Shown: piece by piece, positions 8,294 through 16,842 of the stretch
Position numbering within the stretch: position 1 is the stretch's first letter
Layout of the letters: the number at the start of each line of letters is the position of its first letter
Virus record (IMG/VR): IMGVR_UViG_3300044698_000123
Coordinates: 1-50,214 of that record
Reading direction: 5' to 3' (one strand)
DNA from: a virus
Lineage: Duplodnaviria; Caudoviricetes
Length of the DNA: 50,214 bases
Program-made: the position numbers and the translations under genes
The notes under the pieces: model-generated
The model's database searches: none
Told to the model about the DNA's origin: nothing
What the model saw: only the letters and a program-made list of their open reading frames with translations

Positions 8294-9924
8294 GCGACGG
8301 CCCTCCGACGGCGCGGCGGCGCAACCCGAGCGCGCGCGGCGGTGAACTTCGCGCCGAAGTCCGTGATCGTTTTGTCGCAGTCGTGGAGCATGTCGGCGCA
8401 GGCGCAGAAGTGGTCGGGCTCCACCCACGTGGTGCGCGACAGGTCCATGCGGGGGTCCGTGACCTTGTCCGGCCCGTTGTGGCCGGCCTGGCCACCGCCA
8501 ATCACCACGAGCGGGACGCCGGCGGCGATTGAGGCGGGGATGATCCAGCCGGAGCCACCGACCACGACGGCCGCGTGCTGCACGAGCGCCATGAGGTCGC
8601 GGATCCCAAGCTCGCCGGCGTGGTACGCGACGTCCGCCTCCGGGGCGGGATCGAGCATCCATTCCTCGCCGGGCTTCAGGTCGGCGACCGATACGACGTG
8701 ATAGCCCTCGGCACGAAGGATGCGCGCAGCCTCGGCTACGTACTCGGGCAAGGGGTTCCGGGCACGGTTCAGCCACTCCCGGCGCTCGGTCACGGGGCGA
8801 ATCAGCGCGATCGGCTTCCGTGTCTTCACAGGGCAGGGGCCGAAGTCGGGCAGGTCGAACACGAACGGATCGGCGCACACGGGGGCCTGCGCTTCCATTG
8901 TGGCGAAGAGCGCGCCCTTCTCCAGGTTCTGCCAGTCGTAGGTGAGCTGGTACTTCGTGACGCCCACGGGCGTGCGGTATCGGTCCGCGGGCTGCGCGCT
9001 CATGTTCTTCCGCTGCGTCCGGAGATCCGTCCGGGGCTTGGCGAAAAGGACGGGCAGGTCCTCGAACAGTTCGGGCCAAGGGGTCTCAACCCACACGGGT
9101 CCGGCCGCGGCCGCGGCGCGCACGAGCGGGCGGAGATAGATCGAGTCGCCGAGCCCGGAGCGCCCGTGCAGGTAGGGATCGAGGCGCGGGGTGTGCGTCG
9201 GCTGGCCGCGGTAGGGCTTCCGCCAGCCAGTGCCGTAGCGGTGATCCAGGAGCCGCTCGGGATGCGCCGGCGCGGGGAGCGTCATACCCTCCCACGCCAC
9301 CGTCCCGAGAGGGAGCAGGTGAGCCTCCGGGATCGCCCGGCCCTTGAATTGGTCGCACGCCACGTATTCGCGGCGGTCGAACCCGCCGGGGATCCGGTGC
9401 CAGAAGAACAGATCCACCGGAGTCTGGTTGCGGTCCGACAGGTAGATCTTTACGCGGTCCCCGCCGCCGTAGAGCCTGCGGGTCGAGGGTATGTAGACGA
9501 AGTGGTAGCCGGCAGCCTTGGCGCGGCCGGCGAGCAGCAGCATGGCCTCCTTGCCGCCGTCCTCGTCCAGGACACAGAGGTCCGCGTCCGCGTCCCACGG
9601 GATCAGGCCACCGTGGCGCACGGCGCCGAGCAGTGTGCCATAGTCGGCCCACCATGTGACGCCCACCTCATTGAGCAGCCCGGAGACGTAGCGGACCAAC
9701 TCGACGACATGCGAGCGGCAGCATGCGGGCGTATCCTCCTGCGGGTTCAGGGCCGTCACGCACCGCCTCGTGTCGCGGGTGCAGTTGCCGGGCGCCGGGA
9801 CGACCATGACCCGGTTGGCGTTCATGAGCTGCACGGACTCGGCGTCGGATACCTCGATCACCCGGCCGGGCGCAACTGGCCGGCCGTGATGTCGAAATCC
9901 CTGGAGCGCCTGTACCGTCGGCAT
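8290..9924 (-). CDS. Fusion: small head-associated domain + FKRP/LicD-like phosphotransferase + GT-B (GT9-like) glycosyltransferase
   Basis: CTRDTRRC...TPACC, YGTLLGAVRHGGLIPWDADADL; then GLGDSIYLRP and GELGIRDLMALVQHAAVVVGGSGW; ATG at 9924. Confidence 0.82.
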   Translation of the reverse strand: MPTVQALQGFRHHGRPVAPGRVIEVSDAESVQLMNANRVMVVPAPGNCTRDTRRCVTALNPQEDTPACCRSHVVELVRYVSGLLNEVGVTWWADYGTLLGAVRHGGLIPWDADADLCVLDEDGGKEAMLLLAGRAKAAGYHFVYIPSTRRLYGGGDRVKIYLSDRNQTPVDLFFWHRIPGGFDRREYVACDQFKGRAIPEAHLLPLGTVAWEGMTLPAPAHPERLLDHRYGTGWRKPYRGQPTHTPRLDPYLHGRSGLGDSIYLRPLVRAAAAAGPVWVETPWPELFEDLPVLFAKPRTDLRTQRKNMSAQPADRYRTPVGVTKYQLTYDWQNLEKGALFATMEAQAPVCADPFVFDLPDFGPCPVKTRKPIALIRPVTERREWLNRARNPLPEYVAEAARILRAEGYHVVSVADLKPGEEWMLDPAPEADVAYHAGELGIRDLMALVQHAAVVVGGSGWIIPASIAAGVPLVVIGGGQAGHNGPDKVTDPRMDLSRTTWVEPDHFCACADMLHDCDKTITDFGAKFTAARARVAPPRRRRAVA

Positions 9925-9977
9925 TTCCCGTCGAATCCCGTGAAAGGGTTGAAGGTTGAGTGGCTCCGCCGGGTTAC

Positions 9978-10040
9978 GGTGGGGGTGGGGCATTGAAGCA
10001 CCCCACCCCACCCCGCACCGCGGGCCCGGAGGCGTCCGGG
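9978..10040 (-). terminator. Two hairpins after the capsid gene (possible attenuator or mRNA stabiliser)
   Basis: CCCGGA-N4-TCCGGG at 10025-10040 and GGTGGGGGTGGGG/CCCCACCCCACC at 9978-10012; no good U tract. Confidence 0.4.
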
Positions 10041-10041
10041 G

Positions 10042-12516
10042 TTACGACCCGACGTAGGCCGTGGTGAGCGCGTCCTGGATCGCGGAGAAGCTCTCCGGGT
10101 GGCGGACGGCCACCCCGACGATCTGGTGCGACGTCACCTCGATCAGGCCCTGCTTCTTTTTCGAGTAGGGGTCCACGACCAGCTCGTAGGCGCCCCAGTA
10201 CCCGAGGTACAACTGGCTCCACACGCCGAACAGGATGGCGTGGCACGTGGTCGAGCCGCCCTTGGTGAGCGTCTTCGGTACCACGTTGGAGACCTCGGCG
10301 CGGTAGCCGTTCATCTCACCGCCGTCCCAGATCGGGGTGCCGGTGTTCGTGAACTTCGGCGTGCCCTTCAGCACGCCGCGCATCCCCGCGGTCGTGAGGT
10401 AGCCCATCGTCCCGATGTCGGCGTTGGCGTCCGCCACGTCGGTTTCGAGGTCGATGATGCTGGCGAAGGTCGGCACGGCGCCGTTGGTGCCGAGCGCCAC
10501 GTCACCGATTGAGTCGGTCCCCAGGATGCCGGTGGGCTGGTTGTTCGAGCCCGTCCCGTTGATCGCGCCCAGCTCGATCCCGATCGCGGTGATCTGCGCG
10601 AGGTCATTGGCGATCAGCGCGTCCACGTCGATCACCGCCTGCGCCAGCAGCTTGCGCGTGTAGGCGGTCGTGCTCTGCCCTTCCTTCGGGGCGAGCGACA
10701 CGGACCCGAGCGTCATGTCCGAATCGGACAAGTCCGTGCCCGGGTCTTCGGCGACCCACGAGAACGTCCCCGCCGCCGTCTGCTTCGGGAAGCTGACGTC
10801 GCCCTGGAGCCCCGTGAGGATCGTCGCGCCGAGCCGGGCGAGCGCGAGGCGATTGCGAAGCAGGTCGATGAAGTCGCCCGGCTCCGTGAACTTCAGCGTC
10901 TGGCCGGCCGTGGCGCTCGACGTCTTGAGCTGCCCGACCGGGTGCTCCATGCCGTCCACGATCCGCATGCGGGTCGGGATCAGCAGGCCGCCCTTCGGCT
11001 TGTAGCTGTCCGGCAGGTTCTTGCGGAGCTCCTGGTGGACCTCCCGCTCGAAGCCGGCCTGACTCCAGTCGTCGTCGGCCAGCGCCATGATGGCGCGCGA
11101 CAGCGAGTACCGCTTCGCTTCTTTCCCGGTCATGTCGATCGCCGGGTTGGCGAAGGCGTCGAGCCCCTCGCGCTTGCGCCGGAGCAGATCCTGGCCGACG
11201 TCGGCCACGGACTTCCCGGACGCGATGTACTCCTGGGCCATCTCGGCCGGCGCACCGTGCGCGGCGCACAGCCCGAGGATGTTCTCGGCGCGGTCCACCG
11301 CACCCTCGTCGCGGGTCACGGCGACGGTCGTGACGGCCCCGTCCTGGGCCGCCTTGTCCTTGTCGGACATGGTATGCTCCTTGGCCTCTGGGGCCGCTGG
11401 GTTCGGGGGGGGGTCGTCCTGCACTGTGGGCGCGTCCCCGTCCGCGTCCGCAGGGGTATCGTTGGTGTTCATCGTGTCCGGGAGAAAAGCGGCACGGAGG
11501 ACGGAAGCCTGCGCCGCCGAAACGGTGACGGTCGTGTCCAACGTGACGGCCCCGGCGGTCACGGTAGCGGCGATGGGGGGCAGGTTCTCGGCCCGGGCGC
11601 CCATGGGCTCGCGACGCATGGCGGGCACGCCCAGCTCGACGAGGATCTCGTCGAGCGTGCCGACGCGATCCGCGAGGCCGGCGGCGACGGCGGGTTCCGC
11701 ATTCAGGACGCGGCCTTCTCCGTAGCCGTCGTAAACTGCCTCCGGCGTGGTCGAGCGGTTGCGCGCCGCGGCGCCCAGGAACATCCCGCCGTAGTAGTCG
11801 ACGGTCGCCTGCTTGTGGGCGCGCTCCTCGTCCGTCATCGGCTGGTGCGGGTCGCCCTCGCCCTTGTGCTTGCCGAACTTGATGAGCGTCGACTTCACGC
11901 CGAGCATCTTGTCCATGCCCGAGACGTCGAGGCGCATCATGTAGACGCCGATCGAGCCGGTGAGTGAGCCGGGCGTGACCACGACCTCGTCCGCCGAACT
12001 GGCGATGGCGTAGGCCGCCGACGCCATGAGGTCGTTGGACACGGCCGTCATGGGCTTGCGCCCGCGCTGGGCGTGGATCCACTCCGACAACTCGAAGACG
12101 CCTTCGACGCTCCCGCCCGGGGAATCCACATCGAAGACGACGTGCCCGACGTCCGGGTCGTTCAGTGCGACCTCGATCGTCTCCCGGAGCTTCTCGACGG
12201 ACGTGCCGCCGCTGAACTCCGACAGCATACTGGTGCGCTTGGAGATCACACCGTGCACCGGGATCAGGGCCACGCCCGTCGGCGGACTCACTGTGCGGCG
12301 CGCGGGCCGCATGAGCTGAGCGCGGATCTCGTCGTCGCTCAGGTGGCCTTCGAGGCGCAGCTCGAGGAATGCCTCGATCTCCGAAAGCTTCTCCTCGGTC
12401 ATGGCCCACGGCTGCGTCACGCACGCGGCCAGGACGCGACGGAGCTTCGTGCCGCTTACCGGCTCGCCCCGGGCCGCCAGGCTCGCCTCGATCCGCTGAA
12501 CAGTCAGGTCTTCCAT
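10042..12516 (-). CDS. S49 (SppA-like) prohead protease fused to scaffold and HK97-fold major capsid protein
   Basis: DVDSPGGSV, MASAAYAIAS, TGSIGV and KHKGEG in the N-terminal part; FSWVAE, AINGTGSNNQPTGIL and VRHPESF in the C-terminal part. Confidence 0.93.
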   Translation of the reverse strand: MEDLTVQRIEASLAARGEPVSGTKLRRVLAACVTQPWAMTEEKLSEIEAFLELRLEGHLSDDEIRAQLMRPARRTVSPPTGVALIPVHGVISKRTSMLSEFSGGTSVEKLRETIEVALNDPDVGHVVFDVDSPGGSVEGVFELSEWIHAQRGRKPMTAVSNDLMASAAYAIASSADEVVVTPGSLTGSIGVYMMRLDVSGMDKMLGVKSTLIKFGKHKGEGDPHQPMTDEERAHKQATVDYYGGMFLGAAARNRSTTPEAVYDGYGEGRVLNAEPAVAAGLADRVGTLDEILVELGVPAMRREPMGARAENLPPIAATVTAGAVTLDTTVTVSAAQASVLRAAFLPDTMNTNDTPADADGDAPTVQDDPPPNPAAPEAKEHTMSDKDKAAQDGAVTTVAVTRDEGAVDRAENILGLCAAHGAPAEMAQEYIASGKSVADVGQDLLRRKREGLDAFANPAIDMTGKEAKRYSLSRAIMALADDDWSQAGFEREVHQELRKNLPDSYKPKGGLLIPTRMRIVDGMEHPVGQLKTSSATAGQTLKFTEPGDFIDLLRNRLALARLGATILTGLQGDVSFPKQTAAGTFSWVAEDPGTDLSDSDMTLGSVSLAPKEGQSTTAYTRKLLAQAVIDVDALIANDLAQITAIGIELGAINGTGSNNQPTGILGTDSIGDVALGTNGAVPTFASIIDLETDVADANADIGTMGYLTTAGMRGVLKGTPKFTNTGTPIWDGGEMNGYRAEVSNVVPKTLTKGGSTTCHAILFGVWSQLYLGYWGAYELVVDPYSKKKQGLIEVTSHQIVGVAVRHPESFSAIQDALTTAYVGS

Positions 12517-12521
12517 CGGAC

Positions 12522-14111
12522 TTACTCCTCGTTGAGCGGTGCGCGGGGGGCCGTGCTGATCGACGGCACAAGCGCGGTGAGGTCCATGTAGCGGGCGATG
12601 CGGCTTCCGTTGGCGTCGTCTCCGTTCCCGTTTCCGTTCTGGCTCGGCTCGGGTGCGGGTGCGGGTGCGGGCCGGCTGGCGGCGCCGCTGATGTCGATGC
12701 CGTAGCGCCGCGCCATCGCGTTCTCACGGGCGCGCTCGGCGAAGACCTCTTCGAGGTCGCGACCCTGAGCGGCGGCGATGCGCGTGAGGCTGGTGAGCCC
12801 GCGGTCTACCTGGGCCAGATCGGACTCGGTCTGTTCGCGCGGCTGCACGTAATCCCAGCCGCGAGGAAGCCATGCGTGCTGGCGCCAGCGGGCGAAGTTC
12901 CGGGCGGGAAGCGCGAGGGCTCCGGCCGTCACCGCGTGCGTGAACCAGTCGAGATACAGCGGGCGCAGGAAGTGGTCGACCATGTCCTGCTGGAGCCACT
13001 TGTACGCATCTTGCTCCTGCTTCAATCCGGTGCGCGAGGACGTGAAGTTGACGTCCGACAGGTCGCCCGAGAGGCTCGCATAGGAGGCGTCCATGCCCAT
13101 GGAGATCCCGCGCAGGATCGACTTTTCGAAGTCCGAGAAGGCGTCGTTCGGGTGCTTCGGATCGTAGGCCGTGAACGACACGCCCTCGGGTAGGAGGTCG
13201 AAACGGCCCGGCTCGGATTCGCTGGCGAGCGTCTCCTCCTCGCCATCTTCTGCGTCGTCGGATCCGTCACGGTACGCGGTCGGATCCTCTTCGAGCGCGG
13301 CCGACTGGGTGTAGAAGCCGCCCTTGTGGGACGCGAGCTTCGAGGCGATCAGCTCCGACTCTTCGTAGTCACCGAGCCACTTCATGCGGATCATGGCCGG
13401 GGCGAGCCACGGCACGCCGCGCGTCTGGCCGGGGCGCTCCATGACGTAGTGGTGCCAGAGATCCTTTGCGGGGATCCGCTCACGCTTGCCGGTGCGGCCA
13501 CCGTCGGACGGATGCTTCGGCAGCATGTGGTAGGCGACGGCCCGACCCCAGTGGTCGATCTCGACGCCCATGCGGACTTCGTTCTCGCTGCCCGTCGCCT
13601 CGTGGTTGTAGTCGAGGTCGAGCAGGTCGGGATCGATCAGGCGGAGCGCGTATCCCCAGCGGTTCGCCCATCCGCGCATCGGCTGGATGATGACCTCGCC
13701 GTCGCGGGCCATGCCCTCCATGTACGCGGCGCACACGCCCCGAAGCCCGAGCCGGCCGTCCACGGTGCAGTTGGCGGGGAGGGACCACTCCCGCCACTCC
13801 GCCTCGATCATGTCGTTGATTGTGGTGTCGAAGTCGCCGTTCGCCTTCTTCACCCGGGCTTGCATCATGACGCCGTGCGGGCCGACGACGTTGTTGCGGA
13901 GCAGGCGCAGGTAACGCTTCGCGTAGGGGTCGTTGCGGCAGAGTTCCCGGGAGCGGCCGACGAGCGAGCGGTGATCCCATCGGATCTCCTTGTCGGCGCT
14001 CCGGACCCAGCTCCGCACCCAGTCGGTCGTGAGGCGCGTGGCCTGCGCACCCGAGTAGGCGTTGGCCTCGACCCGGTGCCGTTCGATGACGGCGAGGAAC
14101 GGGTTACGCAT
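12522..14111 (-). CDS. Portal protein, lambda family
   Basis: RSRELCRNDPYA, MGVEIDHWGRAVAY, RPGQTRGVPW, GDLSDVNFTSSR. Confidence 0.95.
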   Translation of the reverse strand: MRNPFLAVIERHRVEANAYSGAQATRLTTDWVRSWVRSADKEIRWDHRSLVGRSRELCRNDPYAKRYLRLLRNNVVGPHGVMMQARVKKANGDFDTTINDMIEAEWREWSLPANCTVDGRLGLRGVCAAYMEGMARDGEVIIQPMRGWANRWGYALRLIDPDLLDLDYNHEATGSENEVRMGVEIDHWGRAVAYHMLPKHPSDGGRTGKRERIPAKDLWHHYVMERPGQTRGVPWLAPAMIRMKWLGDYEESELIASKLASHKGGFYTQSAALEEDPTAYRDGSDDAEDGEEETLASESEPGRFDLLPEGVSFTAYDPKHPNDAFSDFEKSILRGISMGMDASYASLSGDLSDVNFTSSRTGLKQEQDAYKWLQQDMVDHFLRPLYLDWFTHAVTAGALALPARNFARWRQHAWLPRGWDYVQPREQTESDLAQVDRGLTSLTRIAAAQGRDLEEVFAERARENAMARRYGIDISGAASRPAPAPAPEPSQNGNGNGDDANGSRIARYMDLTALVPSISTAPRAPLNEE

Positions 14112-14388
14112 CGGGGCCTCGCTTGAGCTCTGGCTTGGGACGTGTCAGCGCGTAGAGGCCGTCCGTTGCCAGGCCGACCAGCATCCGCCAGCCGCCGGCG
14201 GAGAGCAGGAGTAGGCCTATGGAGAGCGGCCACACCTGGGGCACGGTGAGCGAGGCGACGGCGAACGTGACGAGGCACCAGCCCACGAGGAACGCGAGGC
14301 CTGTGAGGACTTCGGCCAGCGGAAAGCCGCGCAGTGTGAAGCGGCTCGGGCTCGCGGTGCCCGGGATGGGCGGAGCCTTACGGGGCAC
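14104..14388 (-). CDS. Small membrane protein
   Basis: Two hydrophobic segments; overlaps both neighbours. Confidence 0.6.
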   Translation of the reverse strand: MPRKAPPIPGTASPSRFTLRGFPLAEVLTGLAFLVGWCLVTFAVASLTVPQVWPLSIGLLLLSAGGWRMLVGLATDGLYALTRPKPELKRGPDA

Positions 14389-14929
14389 GGAACCGAGTCT
14401 CCACCTGGCGGATGAGCTTGCCGCCCTGCATCTGGCGCCTGACGAGCGCGCGGTACTGACCGCGGAGCTTCATCAGGTCCGGCATGGGGATGCGGGTGAC
14501 CGCGCGCCCCCGGATCGTGAACTGCTCCATGTCAGCCGTCAGGCGCCCTTCGATGGCCGCGTCCAGGACCGCGAGCGTGCTCTGCTCATGGGTCCGGTAC
14601 GTCGTGGCCGCAGCGAAGTCGGGCAGGATGCGGACAGTCCCGCGGGCTCGCTCATGGCGGTTGCCGGACTCGTCCTCCACGAAGCGCGCCCAGTGGTAGA
14701 GCCCGGCCGTCACGACGGTGTCGGCGGCGACCTCACGGATCTCGTAGTAGTCGCCATCGGCCGAGGTCGCGGCCGTGAGGTCGAGCGCGTCAGCTACGGT
14801 CCCGTTGCGCAGCGCGTAGGAGAGCGTCCACCCATCGGAGGGCGGGTAGTCGCCGTCCGTGATATCCCATGACCAGTTGGTGCCCGATACGGCCTGGGTG
14901 GGTTCTGCCGTGGGGATGCTGACCGTCAA
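14378..14929 (-). CDS. gpW-like head completion protein with N-terminal extension
   Basis: C-terminal LDAAIEGR...FTIRGRAVTRIPMPDLMKLRGQY; just upstream of the portal; start uncertain (TTG at 14929 chosen). Confidence 0.72.
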   Translation of the reverse strand: MTVSIPTAEPTQAVSGTNWSWDITDGDYPPSDGWTLSYALRNGTVADALDLTAATSADGDYYEIREVAADTVVTAGLYHWARFVEDESGNRHERARGTVRILPDFAAATTYRTHEQSTLAVLDAAIEGRLTADMEQFTIRGRAVTRIPMPDLMKLRGQYRALVRRQMQGGKLIRQVETRFRAP

Positions 14930-14960
14930 GCCTGCCGCGTGCCCTCTGGTGGCGCTCGGG

Positions 14961-15021
14961 CAAGCAAAGAGGCGACCCCGATCCGCCACCGATCAAGGTG
15001 GATTCGGAAAGGGTCGCCTCT
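14961..15021 (-). terminator. Intrinsic terminator-like hairpin in the leader of the head operon
   Basis: 11-bp stem AGAGGCGACCC/GGGTCGCCTCT with inner stem, followed by TTGCTTG. Confidence 0.6.
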
Positions 15022-15092
15022 GGAACTGGGACCTCGTATGACCCCGGTGGGGCTCGTGCGCCTACGCAGTCGGTGGTGTTCCGGCTGTCCCC

Positions 15093-15121
15093 ACGGTACC
15101 GCATCTGGACGAAAGGGTCAA
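15093..15121 (-). promoter_or_regulatory. Candidate sigma70 late promoter
   Basis: TTGACC-17 nt-TACCGT. Confidence 0.55.
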
Positions 15122-15124
15122 GGT

Positions 15125-15454
15125 TCAACCATTCAAGTTTCGGTGGGGCCTGTCGGCGACCGTGCCTTCCAGCAACCCGAGCATGATGCTAGCCGGATCG
15201 GACGCGGCGTCGTGCGCCTGGCGCTTGCTCATGGCAGACCACGCCCATACGTGCCGGTCAGGGCGCGGGTCCTTCGATATGGCACATATCCCGTACAGGC
15301 CCAGGTACTGGCTCCCAAACCACGTCACGTCCCAGCCCGGAACATCGAAAGGGGCGCCGCACTCCCGCCAGTCGGGGGCCTCGGGAAGGTTGTCGGGCAA
15401 CGCGAATTGTGGAATCACCTCGCCGCGCTGGACATCGGGTCGGTCGGTGTTCAT
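15125..15454 (-). CDS. Hypothetical protein
   Basis: ATGA-coupled start at 15454 with GGAGG upstream. Confidence 0.55.
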   Translation of the reverse strand: MNTDRPDVQRGEVIPQFALPDNLPEAPDWRECGAPFDVPGWDVTWFGSQYLGLYGICAISKDPRPDRHVWAWSAMSKRQAHDAASDPASIMLGLLEGTVADRPHRNLNG

Positions 15455-16044
15455 GGCTTCCGCCTCCAGTCTGTACCCGTGCGCCGTCCGCAGGCTTGAA
15501 GGGTTGGTGGCTCGGCCAGGAAGACGAACGGTCCACGTACCTCCGGGCAAAAGCGTTCTGCGGCCTCCAGTGCGACCTGTAGCCGTTCCTCTGGCGGACG
15601 GTCACCCGTGGCGTGCAACGCACCAAGTGCGGTCTGAGCACCGCAACCAACTGCGGTAAACCCGTCGGCGGTTATCGCGACCTGGTAGTCGCTGCTGACC
15701 TCGTAGACGCGGCCGCGATAGCCGATGAGGAACGTGCCGCCGGTCTCCGTCTCGTTTTCCTTTGTCGCAAACCCTCCGGCCTTCAGGCATTCGCGCACGG
15801 CGTCCACGAGGATGGTGGCCATGTACTCGTGCCCCGACATCCCGGCCGGATGTTCGGGCGGGTGCAGGCTGTAGCGCAGGAGCTGGCCCATCCGAAACGA
15901 CGAGGTGAAACCCATCACAAACGGACCACGCCGAAAGACTTTTTCGTCTGCTCGCGTCCTGATCGTCTCGCCGTCGGATCCGGCACTGTCGCCGCCCATT
16001 ATGACGCCATCCGGTCCGGATTCAATGCCAACGATGCAAGTCAC
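15451..16044 (-). CDS. HslV/proteasome beta-like Ntn-hydrolase peptidase
   Basis: N-terminal (M)TCIVG, GGDSAG, EKVF, AVGCGAQTALGAL. Confidence 0.8.
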   Translation of the reverse strand: MTCIVGIESGPDGVIMGGDSAGSDGETIRTRADEKVFRRGPFVMGFTSSFRMGQLLRYSLHPPEHPAGMSGHEYMATILVDAVRECLKAGGFATKENETETGGTFLIGYRGRVYEVSSDYQVAITADGFTAVGCGAQTALGALHATGDRPPEERLQVALEAAERFCPEVRGPFVFLAEPPTLQACGRRTGTDWRRKP

Positions 16045-16232
16045 GTTAGCCCTTCCTGTCTCCTGTCAGGCCTCCCCGTCCGGCGCCCGCTGCCCGTCCG
16101 GTGCTTCGCCCTGCGCGGCTCGTCGGCCCTGCGGTCGTGGCCGCTCCGGCGCTCGGGGAACGTCTCCCCCCACCGTCTCGCCCATTCGTCCGGTGCGACC
16201 TGCGCCGGGCGACGCGTGCTACCCTTGCTCAT
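16041..16232 (-). CDS. Hypothetical protein
   Basis: MSKGSTRRP start, coupled at both ends. Confidence 0.5.
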   Translation of the reverse strand: MSKGSTRRPAQVAPDEWARRWGETFPERRSGHDRRADEPRRAKHRTGSGRRTGRPDRRQEGLT

Positions 16233-16471
16233 CGGGCCCTCCCGCGTTGGTAAAGCGCGGCAGAATCCGGCACGTTTCTCCATCCGGGGTGGTTGAAGTC
16301 GCGAACCAGAACAGCGTGGTCCACGCCGACGCCTGCGGCAACTCCACGGAGGATCATGTCCCCATAGGCGCCGAAGGGGTCGGTTGCGCGGGTGGCCGTA
16401 GCGACGCGGACCCCACATAGCGCAGCCATGGGTGTGACCACCGTGATGGCGAAAAAGGCCCGGCGGTTCAT
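16229..16471 (-). CDS. Small protein with twin-arginine-like N-terminus
   Basis: MNRRAFF followed by a hydrophobic stretch. Confidence 0.55.
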   Translation of the reverse strand: MNRRAFFAITVVTPMAALCGVRVATATRATDPFGAYGDMILRGVAAGVGVDHAVLVRDFNHPGWRNVPDSAALYQRGRAR

Positions 16472-16842
16472 TGGTGACCCCGACTCCGTAGCCTTTCGAT
16501 CTCGTCCGCTGCACGCTGCGCCACGCAGGTATCGTTGCCCACGGTCGCATACGGTCCGTCACTGGGCCACATGGCCCGGATTAGCTCCACGACGTCGCCG
16601 TGCTGGTAGTCGAGGCGGCGCCGCGCTTCCGGGATCGGCCCGTCGTAGGCGTCCACTTCGGTGGAGCCACCCTGAAAGGCGAGCAGAGTGTCCACCGCGC
16701 CGCCGTCGGGGTCGGCTGACGTCCGGTCGCTGATCTTGCGGTACGTCCAGCGCCCAAGCCGCGACACGGCCGGGCTGAGTAGGTCGAATACCTCCAACGC
16801 CAACAGCACGATTACGAACAGCCTCCAGTCGTCACCACTCAT
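16468..16842 (-). CDS. Hypothetical protein with N-terminal TM segment
   Basis: MSGDDWRLFVIVLLAL...AADEIERLR. Confidence 0.55.
   Translation of the reverse strand: MSGDDWRLFVIVLLALEVFDLLSPAVSRLGRWTYRKISDRTSADPDGGAVDTLLAFQGGSTEVDAYDGPIPEARRRLDYQHGDVVELIRAMWPSDGPYATVGNDTCVAQRAADEIERLRSRGHQ

Noticed and set aside
14790-15128. 112 aa ORF as a real gene
   Set aside because: It overlaps the promoter, terminator hairpin and gpW-like gene with no recognisable motif; cannot be fully excluded because its ATG overlaps the upstream stop
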